Part shown: positions 62,200 through 64,000 of the stretch, piece after piece
Layout: every line of letters starts with the position of its first letter
Numbering within the stretch: the stretch's first letter is position 1
Translations under genes and position numbers: made by a program
From: Fimicolochytrium jonesii
Taxonomy: Eukaryota
Assembly: GCF_025526975.1 (NCBI RefSeq)
Contig: NW_026515674.1
Location: 124,001-188,000 of the forward strand
Reading direction: 5' to 3'
Length of the DNA stretch: 64,000 nucleotides
The notes under the pieces: generated by a model
Database searches by the model: none
The model's input: the letters and a program-made list of their open reading frames with translations, nothing else
What the model was told of the DNA's origin: nothing

Positions 62200-64000
62200 C
62201 TAAGCCTGACGACCGCCACGGGTAGACCTCCACTTGCCCTCTCCAATCCGCGGCGGGCCGGCAGGAGCTCCAACAGGCGGCGGTGTGGCAGCAGCAGGGG
62301 GTGCAGCATTCGCATTGTCACCTCCGGACTGTGTCTTGAGGGCCTCACGTTCACGCCAGCCCCCAGCGGCAGCGGGGACGACTTTAGGTCGCTCGGCGCG
62401 GTCCTTGTTCTCCTCATCGAATCGGCTGCCTTCAGACGCGCGGAAGGACGAGGGGCGGGATGCGAAAGATTCACGGGGAGAGTCACGGGGAGAGTCGCGG
62501 GGGGTGCCACGGTCGGAGTTGAGGGAGCCGCGGGATCCGAAGGCGGAGCCGGGCTGCGTGTCGTCTCGTTCGCGGCGGGTCCATTTGTTGTCGGAGGGGG
62601 GTGTATCGCTGCCGCCACGACGGACGGGAGGCACGTACTTGGAGGGACCTCCGGGGGCGGCCGCGGTGGTGGCGGTAGGTGCAGCGGGGGCAGCCTCGTC
62701 CCTGGGGGTTCCCGCTCGGCGCCAGGTGTCGGGACCAGCGGCAGCTGCAGGCGCGGGTCGGCGCCACTTGTCTTCAGGAGCAGCGGCGGGGGTGGCGGCG
62801 GCGGCGGGTGCTTGCTTGGCTGCCAGTTTGGCCTCAATTTCGGCTTCCCTCTCACGCTGCTTGCGCGCAATCTCGTCGAGTCGGCTAAGGAAACGACAAC
62901 TACCGTTAAATTTTGCGAACGTTGGGCTTTCGCGGGTTTCGTCGCACATACCTTCTGTTCTCCTCGGCTTCGGCGCGACGGGCAGCTGCTCGTGCAGCAG
63001 CTTCTTCAGCAGCGCGGGCTTCCTCTGTTTAGAGGAACGCATTGATGAGCAAAATGCTCGATCATCCAACAAGCAATTACCTCAGCCTACCTTCGGCACG
63101 GACACGCTCCTGCTCAGCAAGGATCTCCTCCTCCTCAGCCTCACGCTGACGACGAATACGCTCCTCTGCCCTCTCCCTCTTAACCTGCTCAATCCTCTTG
63201 ATCTTCTCAGCCGCAATTCTCCGCTCAGACTCAGCGCGGATCTCATCAAACTCAGCCTTCCTCTGAGCCTGGAGCTGCTCCTTAAGCTCATTGTAGTCAC
63301 CAACCATACGGCCCATACGAGACTTGAGCTTGATGGCTTCCTCGTGCTGGATCTTGGACGCGGCAAGCTTGGCCCTCCAAAGGGCCTGGTGGGCAGCCTT
63401 GTCGTTCTTCTTCTGCTCCTCGTAGTCCTGGGCGAGGAGAGGGATCTCTTCCTTGCGGAAGGCACGGACAGTGTGGTCAATCTTTTTGCTGACGGCCCTG
63501 AGCTTGTTCTGCATCTCGCGCTTCTCCTTGTCGAGCTGCTCGACTTGGAGCTGCATGAGCTTGGTGGTGTCGAGGCCCTCGAGATCCTCGGCATTGACCT
63601 TGACCTTCTTCTCCTTCAGGTCTTCGGCGAGCTTGGCAGCGAGCTTAGCGGCTTCCTGCTTCTGCATGTCGAGACGTTGCTGGAGCATACGGTCGGCTTC
63701 ACGCTTCCTGGATTCCTCCTCGACGCGAATCTTTTCGAGTTCCTGCTCAGTCTCAAGACGCTTCTTCTTGGCCTCAGCCTGGGCCTTCTCCTTCTGAGCA
63801 TTCTCGTTCAGGCGGATCTCGTTCTTCTTCTCGATCAAGAGCCTCCTGGTAGCCGTGTGCTTGCGCTCCTCCTCCAAGCGCTCGATGACGTCCGCAAAGG
63901 CTTTGGCCTTAGCCTCCTTCTTGATCTGGATGAGACGCTCCTCAACGGGGAGGATCTCGCTGGTCTGGCCAATCAAGGCAACAGCAGTGTGGAGACGCTT
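62200..64000 (-). CDS. TIF32: Translation initiation factor eIF3 subunit A, C-terminal part (5' end beyond window)
   Basis: Exons ~64000-63090, ~63032-62952, ~62886-62200. Long E/K/R coiled coil with KKIDHTVRAFRKEEIPLL, then a low-complexity tail with WRR and KYVPP motifs. Confidence 0.88.

Noticed and set aside
1..64000. Autonomous transposons, rRNA, snRNA or CRISPR arrays
   Set aside because: No transposase, reverse transcriptase, LTR/TIR pair, rRNA or snRNA signature recognised by eye; a covariance-model scan would be needed to exclude small RNAs.

Overview
Compact, intron-rich eukaryotic DNA with mostly 50-110 nt GT-AG introns. It is fungal (fungal-type isocitrate lyase, Spa2, Fpr3/4, Gtb3-like GT4) and also carries BORCS5, RBM42, Asteroid and MAT2B-like genes, which suggests an early-diverging fungus such as a chytrid (inference only). 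I assembled about 22 protein genes by eye plus an intron-containing tRNA-Tyr(GUA). In order: Argonaute (3' part), isocitrate lyase, orphan ORF, carnitine-carrier-like transporter, GH46 chitosanase, a ~2,900-aa Gtb3/PelF-like GT4 synthase, Spa2, RimJ/RimL GNAT, Mic60, Asteroid, Slx9, MAT2B/RmlD-like, RBM42, SAP-domain protein, C2/MUN protein, nucleolar FKBP, Ncs6/Ctu1, LUFS/Q-rich regulator, BORCS5, PLP decarboxylase, Cwc24, tRNA-Tyr and eIF3a (3' part). Main leads: (1) a head-to-head pair of a galactosaminogalactan/Pel-type synthase and a membrane-anchored, bacterial-type GH46 chitosanase, with none of the canonical GAG cluster genes in the window; (2) a probable spliced fusion of the tRNA thiolase Ctu1 to a Yvh1/DUSP12-type zinc-binding domain; (3) a shared GAGC-repeat/hairpin element in two unusually long introns; (4) LEA-like 11-mer repeats inside Mic60; (5) alternating C-rich and G-rich blocks across some genes. 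Family calls come from recalled motifs, not database searches, and exon boundaries are manual predictions.
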